This document shows positions 1 through 11,456 of a DNA stretch of 64,000 nucleotides, piece by piece. The stretch lies in NCBI RefSeq assembly GCF_001194135.2, contig NC_069004.1, forward strand, positions 21,231,582-21,295,581, in the 5' to 3' direction. The notes beneath the pieces were generated by a model. The model did no database searches, was not told where the DNA came from, and saw nothing but the letters and a program-made list of their open reading frames with translations. Each line of letters begins with the position of its first letter. The first letter of the stretch is position 1. The translations under genes and the position numbers were made by a program. The DNA comes from Octopus bimaculoides (Eukaryota).

Positions 1-382
1 TATGACTATGCTAAAAACATGCGTTTAAAAAGATAATTAGTTGTTATTTTTAGCACATCTCATGACCACCTCATACTGTTCTCATTTGTTTGACATTCTG
101 ATATATTGATGTTCTTCAATATGTTTCTCTCCATAAACACATTTAGTGGTCTATTGAAAAGAAAAAATTGAAAAAAAAAAATTCTTTAATTCAATATAGT
201 TTCCTTGGATTGATGAGAAGATCAGCTGCAATGACGCTGAAGAAATGTTTATAAGATATTGAGGCCTAAATAGGAGATGAAATGTGATGAATTACTGTCT
301 GAGGAGATTCCACACCATTATAATCTGCTTTCTTACATAATTACATCAAGTTGGGTGTTAATTGCAAACAGTTTTTACAGTA

Positions 383-2628
383 ATCTTACATATTAAAACT
401 GAAAATATTTGTGTGCGTGTGTATCGGTATGTCCTCGTTTTGCCCCAAAACGGCTCAACCGATATTTCTTAAACTTTACATACACATTGCTTATGTGTCT
501 GGGGAGGTTTTAAGTATAAATTGATTTCAAAAAAATGTTCAGGTAAGCGGTGGGAGGAATAACATTTAGGCGTGAGTGAATGGTGGGAGTAATAGTTTTT
601 AAGCTTCCAAGGGAAATAACCCATTCCCTCCGGGAAATAACCCATTCATTTTCAGTATGCTTATTTCTTAGTATTTGAACTATTTTAGTTATTTTCTCAA
701 TTTATCCAATACAAGGCCTAAACAAGTAAATAGTATTCTCCTAAACAATAAATCCACTTATTTCGGTTAGTGACTTATTCGCGCTGCTGAGGGTAATAAG
801 TTTTTTTTTCACAGTTAATTACTTTGCATTGTTATTATCTCATATCTGATTAACCTGTTATTACATATCATGTTTCACGATTTTAGTATACATACCTTAT
901 TAGTATTTCCTCCTAAGTTCTGTATACTCGGGGAGCGCATTAAAGCCCTTTTCAAGGCTACTTTATTTGAATTCTTACTATAGGGTAATTAATTTCATGT
1001 TATTATATAACTGACTTCACAATTTGGGTATTCATAACTTACTGGGAATTCCTAAAAACAAGATCCTATGTAAGACAGTTCAGTATTTTCAATAAATACA
1101 CAAAAACTGTTTTAAGGGCTACATACTTTGTATTGTTGTTACTGGATTAGCGAAACAATTATGAGAACGGAACAAAGTTATTTAAATAAGTTATTTAACG
1201 TCTTAGCTTCAGTTTGAATTATGGAAAAATATGGATAAGTACTGTTTTTACTTTGCTAAATGATTTTCTACTATTTGAAAATTATATGTATTCTTGTTTT
1301 TTATATTATTCATTTGGTTTTTTTTAAAGATTATTTTTAATAGATAACTTATTTAACACTAAATTATTTAGAAGTTAGATTTGAATAGTGTTGATATATT
1401 TTCGATTATTTTTGATTGATAATATTTGATTAATAATTAGTCTTTATTGTTTATTATATTGTTAAAGGTTTTTTTAATTAAAACTTAGTATATATAAAGT
1501 TTAATCTTTTATTCTTAATAATTTTTTTCATTCATAATTTTTTCATTCATATTTTTATTTTTATTTCTACGTTTGTAGAAATAAGTNNNNNNNNNNNNNN
1601 NNNNNNNNNNNNNNNNNNNNNNNNNNNNNNNNNNNNNNNNNNNNNNNNNNNNNNNNNNNNNNNNNNNNNNNNNNNNNNNNNNACTAATTTTATCTTTATT
1701 ATTATTTTAACCTTAAACTTCGTTCAAATTGTATTTAAAACGATAATAATTTATGTAAGCTGGTTTTTGTATCTAATATACATGTTAGCATATATTATAA
1801 TGGATGTAGGGATGATTATGGAATGTTTATTATTTTGATATTTTGATATTTTTAATAATTTTTCTATCTTTATAAAATAAGTATTTTATATAAATTCATT
1901 TGGTACTTATTGTTGGTTGATATATATATTTATTTATTATAATTATTGTTCTATTTACGACCTGACGATTAGCTGTATTTTTGAATAGAATTTATTTTCG
2001 ATAATTTTAAGTGATTTTAATAGATTTAAATTTTCTTTCTATTTGAAAATTAGTTATGAAACACGTGTAGTCATTTTATTATCTTTATCTTATGATATTT
2101 GCTTTGTTTTATATTATACTCATTTATTGTGCTTTTAATTGGTTCTTTTCCCTAAAACTATATATTTTTATACATATTTTAATCTATAAAGCTCAATTTA
2201 ATTTTAAATTTTATAAATTGATTTTAATTGAGTTTTTACCTGTAATTTTGGATTTTGTCCCTAATATATATATGCTTATTGTAGCCTCAGGCCAACCAAA
2301 ACCTTGTGAGTGGATTTCGTACTCGGAAACTGAAAGAAGACTGTCGTATATATGTGTATATTTGTGTATGTGTGTGCCTGTGTCTTGTGTTTGTACCCCT
2401 ACCGTTGCTTGACAACTGATGTTGCTGTGTTTACATTCCCATAACTTAGCAGTTTGATAAAAGACACTGACAGAATGAGTACTAGGCTTACATAGAATAA
2501 ATCCTGTGGTTCATTTCTTCAACCAACGGCAGTGCTCCAGCATGGCTGCAGTCACATGAATGAAAAAAGTAAAACAATAAAAATCTATGCCATTTTAATC
2601 CCGAGCAAGGCCGGGTATCTCTGCTAGT
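383..2628 (-). mobile_element. Non-autonomous Helitron-like (Lep1/HINE-type) element carrying an AT-rich insert and a SINE
   Basis: Minus-strand 5' ACTAGCAGAGATACCCGGCCTTGCTCGGG hairpin start (2628), internal aacctcccc..aaatatcggttgagccgttt block, and 3' ..aatatgtaagat end (383); same 5' motif as the element at 9489. Confidence 0.55.
2278..2580 (+). mobile_element. tRNA-derived SINE, 5'-truncated (family A)
   Basis: gcctcaggccaaccaaaaccttgtgagtgg...gtgctccagcatggctgcagtc; near-identical blocks recur at 4165-4700, 16430-16560, 16820-17160, 30793-31158 and 63240-63410(-). Confidence 0.75.
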
Positions 2629-3398
2629 GTTTTATAAATGACAACAAAGTATAACCTTTTGAATGTTTGGATAATAAGATTTTTAACCTCAAGTTTGTTC
2701 TAATCAAGCAGACCTATGATTAAAGTCATTACAACTGTAAACAACACATATTTTCTAGCAAAAATGTTAAATTTTGATAAAACAAACAGGTTTAGTTCAT
2801 AAATACAACATGAAAATTGAAAATTCAAAAACAAAATTTGCAATGCTCTCTAGGATTTTTTTCATACCTACTCTGTCCCATAAACTCTCAGAAATGCAAA
2901 ATAGAATGGTGATTGTCACAGCATAGCTTATTACTTTGCTTTACAGAGACCCACACAAGTAAGCATGCTTGGCTTGTTACTATGGAAACAGGCATCTATA
3001 TGTCTGTGGATTTTGACTCGTTAAAATTACACAAAATTTGCAAACTTTAAAAGCTATTAAATGTTTATTTATTGATTTGTGGTAAAAATGATTTTCATTT
3101 AAATAATTCGGATACCCGAACTACATCAATACACCAAATTCAAAATCAATTGAAACAAAATTGAAGAAATTGAAATGTGAACGCCAAACAGAAATGCGAA
3201 AGCCAAATCTGCCTCAGCCGCATATTTCTCTACGCACAACAAATGACATTGTACACACAGTACTGCACGAGACTGTCCTACACTACAAACAACATATCAC
3301 ACAATAGACACTTCTCTACACCCTCCCATACAACACCTCATTTCATTCATCCAATCTCTTTTACTTTGTAATCTATGAATTATCCTGTTTTACTTTAG

Positions 3399-3490
3399 AG
3401 TATTCAGAAACATTTTGGTGAAGACAAACTACAAGATGTCATCAATTTTGGTCTCCATTATATGTCAACAATAAGACTTCCATGTAAACG
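3399..3490 (+). CDS. PMM2: Phosphomannomutase internal exon (equivalent to human PMM2 exon 4)
   Basis: tttag|AGT...AAACG|gtgag; translates SIQKHFGEDKLQDVINFGLHYMSTIRLPCK(R), matching PMM [31 protein letters not shown]; 92 bp, phase-2 end joins the next exon. Earlier exons were not found in the window. Confidence 0.93.
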
Positions 3491-3769
3491 GTGAGATTTT
3501 CCTGCCTGCTTTTATTTTTCTACAACAGACTTTCCTTTGCAAAATTTAAATCCAGTTCACTTGTGACACTGTAATATCAGGATAATCTTAAAAATCAAAA
3601 AGAAAAGCAAACAAAATGTGGATTTATTTCATTTAAACCTTTCTACTAGTTTCAGTCCATTCTGGAGCACCAGCATGACAGGTTTAGTTGAACAAATTCA
3701 CTCCAGAACATATTTTTAAAGTCTGGTACTTATGCTGTCAGTTTCTTTTCTTGAACCACTAATATTAAT

Positions 3770-3960
3770 CCTACTCTAGGCACAGGACCTTGAAATTTTT
3801 GTGGGGAGAGGTGCTAGTTGATTACATCAACCCCAGTGCGTAACTGGTACTTATTGCATTGATCCTGAAAGGATGAATGGCAAAGTTAACCTTGGCGGAA
3901 TTTGAACTCAGAACATAGCGACAGACAAAACACCGCTAAGCATTTCGCCCAGCTTGCCAC
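3770..3960 (-). mobile_element. tRNA-derived SINE (family B, possibly Meta-domain)
   Basis: Reverse complement of ggcgaaatgcttagc..gagttcaaattccgcc..gcctttcatcctttc..aataagtaccag; copies at 5700-5900, 6875-7075, 17975-18170, 24615-24825(-), 48000-48210, 62920-63130(-) and 63500-63710(-). Confidence 0.7.
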
Positions 3961-4929
3961 CTTTACTGAACCACTAACATACAATGGGATTCTGCACAAT
4001 TTCCATCTACTAAATTCAGATGCATTTGTTGGCCCAGGGCTATAGTAGAAAACTTGCTGAAAGTATCACCTGATGGGACTGAACCTGAAATCCTGTGGCT
4101 GCAAAGCAAGCTTCTTAACCACACAACTATATCTATCTTATATCATGTTTTGTGAATGATAATGTAGGTGTAGGCATGGCTGTGTGGAAAGAAGATGGCT
4201 TCCCAACCACATGGTTTTGGGTTCAGTACCCTGCTTGGCACCTTAGGCAGATGTCTTCTACTATAGCTTAAGGTTGATCAAAGTCTTGTGAGTGGATTGG
4301 TAGATGGAAAGTGAAAGAAACCCATTGTATATATGTGTATATACATATATGTATGTATACATATATAATATATAATAAATGCGCCCTTTTAAAGCCTAGC
4401 CAGGCTCATGGGCCCGGTTTCCTGGTTTCAATGGCGTATGTGTTCCCCAGCTGGACGGGACGCCAGTCCATTGCAGCATTACTCATTTTTGCCAGCTGAG
4501 TGGACTGGAACAACGTGAAATGAAGTGTTTTGCTCGAGCACAACGCATCGCCTGGTCCAGGCATGTGTGTGTGTATATTTGTCCACCACTTGACAACTGA
4601 TGTTGGTTTGTTTATATCCCTGTATCTTAGTTGTTCAGCAAAAGAGACTGATAGAATAAATACTAGGCTTTAAAAGAAAAGAAAAAAGTCCCACAGTCGA
4701 TTTATTCNNNNNNNNNNTTATTAGCTATTAACTTTGCAATGTGCTAATCCCTAATTTACAGCCTTTTTTGATGGCATGAGTGGTAGGGTGTACTTTGCAC
4801 AGAATAAATACCACAAAGTATTTTTGTTTGAAAACAGTATTTATTGATTTTGTCATCTTTATATTTATTTTTTGCCCATTTACACATGTTATGCTGATTT
4901 CTGCATAATGGGATAATTAAAACTGGAAC

Positions 4930-5700
4930 CATCATCATCATCATCATCATACATCCGTTTTTCCATGCTAGCATGGGTTAGATGGCTTGACAGGAACTGG
5001 CAAGGTCAGGGTCTGCACCAGGTACCATAGTCTGTTTTGGCTTGGTTTCAATGTCTGGATGCCCTTCCTAATGCCAACCACACCACAGAGTGTACTTGGA
5101 GCTTTTTATGGGGTATCATCCCCAGTGCTTTTCATGTGGCACCAGCACCAATGTTTTTTCTATGGCACCAGCACCCATATCAATGCTGTTTACCTGACAC
5201 CTTGGTTTTTATGATCTCATTTCTCTTGTGGTGGGTAGATCTTCTTGAGTACAGAAACGTACCACATATCTTGTTCCTCTGTCATCTCCTTCATAAGGTT
5301 CAGTGTTTTGAGATTGGCCTTCAACTGTGCTGTTACAAAGTGAATATCTTAATCATACTACCATGTCATCACCAATATGAATAAATTATGTTTGGTTGAT
5401 TGATTCAGATGCTTGACTCCTCTCATGTGCAATGTTTTGCTTCCCAACCATGTGGTCTTGTAATCATTTTGCTTTCAAACCACAGTACACAAGCATGTAC
5501 ACTTACATCACACATTCAACAAAGCATATTAGCCTCATTCCTCTCTAGCTTTCACATCTCCTCTGCATTCATGTCTACATCTCACTACCAAGAAATGCGT
5601 TTTACATGGTACCTTGATTTTAGGACATCAATTTTGTTGTGGTGGACAGGTCTTCTCAAGTACAGCAATGTGCCATATATCTCACTCCTCTGTCATCTCT
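4930..5700 (-). mobile_element. RTE LINE 3' fragment with (ATG)n tail
   Basis: catcatcat..catccgttttccatgctagcatgggtt tail plus internal blocks similar to 57100-57830. Confidence 0.6.
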
Positions 5701-6305
5701 GGCAGAATCATTACCACACTAGACAAAATGCTTAGCAGCATTCTGTCCATCTCTATGTTCTGAGTTCAAATTCCACTGAGGTCGACTTTGCCTTTCATCC
5801 TTTTATGGTCGGTAAAATAAGTACCAGTTGAGCACTGGGGTCATTGTAATCGACTTAACCCTTCCCCCGAAATTGCTGGCTTTGTGCAAAAATTTGAAAC
5901 TATTATTTAGGTAGTTACATCAAATTATCTTCCTTGGCACCATTGCAGAACCTTGCATGATACTCTCCCTTCATTGCTTTGTGAATGAAATTTTGTAAAT
6001 TGAAATAGTATGGAAGCTTGCTTGAGGGAGAAAGGACTGTTTTTGTTTTCAGTGGTAAACTAAATATGTTTTTCAATTTTACTACCACCCGGCCTTTGGA
6101 TACCATCAGCGGTATCCACTCTGTTGCAAGCATTTAGGCAGGTTTGTGATCTGAATATAATTTCCTCTCTTGCTCTCACCAGTGTCAGAGGCCCTGAAAA
6201 GGGATCATGGTCATTACTCTTCCCACCACTTAAGTAATTAACAAAAAGTAAACCAAGCCATTCAGTTTAGATTGATAAAATCAATTGCAACCCTTGACTT
6301 AAAAA

Positions 6306-6525
6306 CCCTTTATTTTGTTACCATATTTCTGTTGAAATAGGCTGCCTTTGTTTCAATTAGCTTAGAAAATAATTTAGTAAGATAATTTTGCCAATATGAA
6401 GCTACATTATGGAGCATAAATTAACATGGAATTCTGATGGAAGTTTTTAATTTAGATTACTTTAAAAGAAGAAGTTTCTACCCCACAATAAGGGGCCAAT
6501 CTCGGGTAGGCTGGTTTCACAAGGG
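6306..6525. mobile_element. piggyBac-type MITE
   Basis: CCCTTT...AAGGG termini followed by TTAA; about 220 bp, non-coding. Confidence 0.5.
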
Positions 6526-8173
6526 TTAAGACTAAAATATCTGGATTGATAAAATCAATTATAACCTTGACAGTAGTACCCCAGCATGGCCACAGTCTAA
6601 TGATAATCCAATAAAATAGTAAAAGAATATAATAATGATTCTTCACGTTAGTACTTAACTATAAATTTGTCAGGAAATGGTAAAGTCATTGATGTGGCTT
6701 TTACAACAGTATATCACTTGTACTTATTTTATCAACTGTTGCAAAACGAAGGACAAAGTCAATTTCTTAGTTGTGTTACAATTCAGAATATAGAGTGATG
6801 AAACTAATGACTATAAAGCATATTGTGAATTGGTCACTCTTGTTTTCTAATATCAAGTTTTTCTAGGGTACCAACTGGCAGAATCATTACTTGCACAGGA
6901 CAAAATGCTTAGCAGTTCTTCCGATTTTATATTCTGAGCTTAAATGCTGCCAGGGTCAAGTTTGCCTTTCATCCTTTTGGTATTGATAAAATAAGTACCA
7001 GTTGAGCACTGGGGTTGATGTATCAACTTACTCCACCCCCTGAACTTGCTGGCCTTGTGCCAAACTTGAAACCAGCATCAAGTTATTCCATGATTATAGA
7101 TGTGTGGATTTGCTTCATTGTTGCAATAATTGTTGGAGTGGAACCTGTGGTTTTCTTGTTGCTTAAGTCATGGTTAGCCCATGAACAGCAGATCTATACT
7201 GAAAGGCAAATGTGGAAAACCTGCAGATTTTTGAAGGGTTAATTGTGGTTAATTGTGGTCTCTTAAAAGAAGTATACTTCAGGGCAAAATCAGCATTTTT
7301 GTTGATTTAATTTTAAAGTTTATCTTTTCTGCTAATTACAAATTTTAGAAACACCTAGATATATATTTTTTTATCTACAGCCAAGACCTAGTCTTGGCTG
7401 TAGTGTAGCTTAGTGTAGCTAGGACTACATTATTTCTCTATCCTTGTATATCTAGGACTACATTATCTAATAGAGAAATTTTAGAATTCCTGGATGAAAT
7501 GTTGGGATTCTATTGGGGAAATTGCTTTTAGGTTGAGCAATTTTTTGGATCTTGCCTTGTGAATTACTTGGTAACCTCACTAGTACTGGTGCCACATAAA
7601 AAGCACCCAGTACACTCTGTAAAGAGGTTGATGTTAAGAAGGTTATCCAGCTGTAGAAACCATTAGAGCTTGGTACAGTCCTCTGGGTTGCCAGCTCTTG
7701 TCTGACTGCCTGACTCATGCCAGCATGGAAACAAATGTTAATTGATGATGATGATGGTGATNNNNNNNNNNTGATGATGATGATGATGTACACTATTTTT
7801 GTTAAATATTGATTTTAAGGATGTTAATGTTTTAAATTAACATAAAGCAGTTAATGTTAATTTTGTGTACTAATAAATTGTTATATATACAAGGCTACTC
7901 ATTTCTTATCATATATGGTGAACAGGTAAAGATGGAGATGAAAGAGGAAGAAACTGAGCTGATGTAGCATCATTGTTTTCAAACATTATGTATCTTGGAC
8001 TACGTCACATGACCCTTTTTATGTTGGTATTTAGGGTGACTTGACTGCTATTTCTAAAGGTTCCTTCATTGTTTTTTTTTTGTTGTGTGCTGTGGGAGCA
8101 GCTATTCAAGCTACCCGCCCTTTTTATGTCAGATATAGATACAAACTGAAATATTTCTGCTATTATTTTTTAG

Positions 8174-8273
8174 GGGTACATTTATTGAATTCCGCAAGAG
8201 TATGTTGAATTTTTGCCCCATTGGACGCAGTTGTTCTCAGACAGAGCGTGATGCTTTCAGTAAATATGACCAG
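8174..8273 (+). CDS. PMM2: Phosphomannomutase internal exon (cap domain)
   Basis: ttttag|G GGT ACA...GAC CAG|gtaggt; (R)[33 protein letters not shown] matches the PMM GTFIEFR..MLN..PIGRSCS..ER motif; 100 bp. Confidence 0.96.
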
Positions 8274-9025
8274 GTAGGTTATATATGTGTGTATGTGTCT
8301 ATATATATATATATATATCAACTGATTGACCAGACTACTGACTGTTATTGCTGGAAACAATTTGCTTTGCATCCTTTTAGCTTTCAAATGATACCACCCT
8401 GCTGAATAGGCAAGCAGGCAGACATTGCCCCTGATCAGAGGGTTACTTTGTTGCAGGGTTACCTGTTCACAGCTGAGTCAACTGGAGCAATGTGAAATGA
8501 AGTGTTTGGCTCAAGAACACAACACACTGCTCAGTCTAGAAATTGAACCCATGATCTAGCAACACCCTAACCACAAGGTCATGCACCTTCATGTATATAT
8601 ATATATGATTAATAATATCAGGATAATAAGAAATATTATAAATTTCTACTACCAGTGGCCAGGCATGTAAAAAAATGTAGTCAATAGACTATATATTATT
8701 CACATAAATACAGTGTACATTTAAACACATAAGAGGTAAAAATAGAAAAATAAAAATTGAAAAATTAGAATGTATAAGCACAGGGCATATGCTGGATTGC
8801 CTTGTGCTTATATGTTTAATCTAGGTGTACCTGCAAATTATTTTATTTGCTAAAAAAATAGCTGAAACCATGGTCCAGGAGATAGATGGTAAATGTTTTC
8901 ATTTTTCATTCCCTTCGAAGTTTATTCCTAATAGTGGTTTGGATTTTAGCTGTTCTTTCTAGCATTCAAGGAATCCTATGACGGATACCTCTTATGTGTT
9001 TAAATGTACACTGTATTTATGTGTG

Positions 9026-9070
<45 letters not shown>

Positions 9071-9454
9071 AAAAATGAAGATGTGCGCAAATATTCTATT
9101 AACTTGATGCTCAGTGAAAGGAGAGAGTTTTCAACATTTTGAGCATAGCTCTTCATCGGAAAGGAGAAAGGGAAAAGTCCAAAGAAGGAGAAGGGAAATC
9201 GCTAGGGCCCACGTGTAATTATATTTCTGAAGTGACTGAAAGTAGAAAGAGATAAAGTGTTTTTAGGGACAGGAGAGTGTGCAGATAGTCAGCAGGTGTG
9301 TGTGTATGTGCATATGGGTGCATGTGTGTGTCTGTATCTCTCTCTCTCTCTTTATATATATATGTGTGTGTATCTATGTGCATGTGAATGTGTGTGGAAG
9401 TGTACGTGCATGTATGAGAGGGAGAAAGAGGGTTGAGGTGGAGTGTGTGTGGGA

Positions 9455-9488
<34 letters not shown>

Positions 9489-9490
<2 letters not shown>

Positions 9491-11456
9491 TAGCAGTATA
9501 GCCCGGCATTGCTCGGGATTAAGCTAGGATTATTAAGTGATCAAGTGCTTTATTTCAAACCAAAATAAGTAACATGGACATCATATTTGAGAGAAATCCG
9601 TTGAAATTGGTTTGGCTGAAAATGGTTTGCTGGCAATTTGATTGGGAAATCCCATAAGGAATCAGTTTATTGGTTATTTCCACTCATTGACTGTTTTTTT
9701 TAAATGTTGCATTAGAGATCTGCATAGGAGAAGGTTGATCTGAAGGTTGTATTGGAGATCTGTATTGGAGTAACTTAGGAAAACTTACCAACAGCCTTAA
9801 CCAAAAAATAAGGGGCCTGTCCCTTCTAGGTTAACTCTATGAGCAACTTAGCCAATCACTGATATCAGCCGAGTGAGCATTGTTGTTGGAGAAGTCAGCA
9901 TTGTCCAATAAAAAAGAGGAAGAGTCCATAAGTCCATGTTGCCATGGTTTGAGAATATGTCTGGCCAATGCTTCTGGATCACTGTTTATAACCACATTGG
10001 CTGCAATGACAACTTGTCTATAAAATTTCACTATAGACAACATTGCGTGTTCTGCCCTGTCACTGAATCCATTCACACACACACACACACATACATAACA
10101 ACCTGTGTGCGCGTGCGTATGTGTGTGTGTGTGTGTCACTGTAGCCATTCATACAAACATACATACATAACCTCTCTCTCTCACACTAACAAAAGACCTT
10201 CACCACACTTTCTGTCTCGCATACTCACTATAAAAAGGAAATAAAAATAATTCCAGTTATCTCTCTCTCTTTCTATCTTTCTTTCTCTCTCTTTCTCCCT
10301 CTCTCTCTTGCACACATACACACACCAGCAATATTACACACACACACACACATGCCAACTTGAAAAGAAATCGTCCTCTCTCTCTATCTCTTTCGCTTTT
10401 ACGACATCGTTTTCCTCTGTCCCTCCAACACTTTTTACGGAAAAGGCTGATGTGATGTAAATAAACACACGTGGGTTAAGTGACAGCTTTGGCACTGGTA
10501 TCGTAAGATCGCCTTTTACCTATTTATATTGTGTAATTCACTGACAAATTGNNNNNNNNNNNNNNNNNNNNNNNNNNNNNNNNNNNNNNNNNNNNNNNNN
10601 NNNNNNNNNNNNNNNNNNNNNNNNNNNNNNNNNNNNNNNNNNNNNNNNNNNNNNNNNNNNNNNNNNNNNNNNNNNNNNNNNNNNNNNNNNNNNNNNNNNN
10701 NNNNNNNNNNNNNNNNNNNNNNNNNNNNNNNNNNNNNNNNNNNNNNNNNNNNNNNNNNNNNNNNNNNNNNNNNNNNNNNNNNNNNNNNNNNNNNNNNNNN
10801 NNNNNNNNNNNNNNNNNNNNNNNNNNNNNNNNNNNNNNNNNNNNNNNNNNNNNNNNNNNNNNNNNNNNNNNNNNNNNNNNNNNNNNNNNNNNNNNNNNNN
10901 NNNNNNNNNNNNNNNNNNNNNNNNNNNNNNNNNNNNNNNNNNNNNNNNNNNNNNNNNNNNNNNNNNNNNNNNNNNNNNNNNNNNNNNNNNNNNNNNNNNN
11001 NNNNNNNNNNNNNNNNNNNNNNNNNNNNNNNNNNNNNNNNNNNNNNNNNNNNNNNNNNNNNNNNNNNNNNNNNNNNNNNNNNNNNNNNNNNNNNNNNNNN
11101 NNNNNNNNNNNNNNNNNNNNNNNNNNNNNNNNNNNNNNNNNNNNNNNNNNNNNNNNNNNNNNNNNNNNNNNNNNNNNNNNNNNNNNNNNNNNNNNNNNNN
11201 NNNNNNNNNNNNNNNNNNNNNNNNNNNNNNNNNNNNNNNNNNNNNNNNNNNNNNNNNNNNNNNNNNTTGAAAATTGATTTTTACAGCTATACGTGGGTGC
11301 CTCTGAGAGAAAAAGTTGACGAAAATGCAGCTAGGGTCATGACGAAGGTCCTCCTAAAATTGGAGTGACATGCGTGCTAATTTGTGGACGTGCATCAATT
11401 ACATTCACGTACACACACACACACACACACACATCCTGCCTTTTATATATACAGAT
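9489..11456 (+). mobile_element. Non-autonomous Helitron-like element nested in the Penelope arm
   Basis: 5' ACTAGCAGTATAGCCCGGCATTGCTCGGG and 3' TTTTATATATACAGAT; removing it restores colinearity with the reverse complement of about 12590-12630. Confidence 0.6.
10552..11267. other. Assembly gap (one of many N runs)
   Basis: N runs also at about 1587, 26119, 32298, 38516, 42257, 48657, 49787, 55559 and 62415; X-rich ORFs spanning them are artefacts. Confidence 0.99.

Noticed and set aside
850-2260. Possible mitochondrial insertion (weak ND5-like LNSVD.FSIIFDW under the invertebrate mitochondrial code)
   Set aside because: Stops in all frames and no extended conserved motif; cannot be supported without BLAST.
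1-3398. PMM exons 1-3
   Set aside because: No DxDxT or F.ENG motif with splice sites found; they probably lie upstream of the window.
10529-11368. Long ORFs spanning N runs (also 32210, 49464, 55383)
   Set aside because: Length is due to X translation of gaps.
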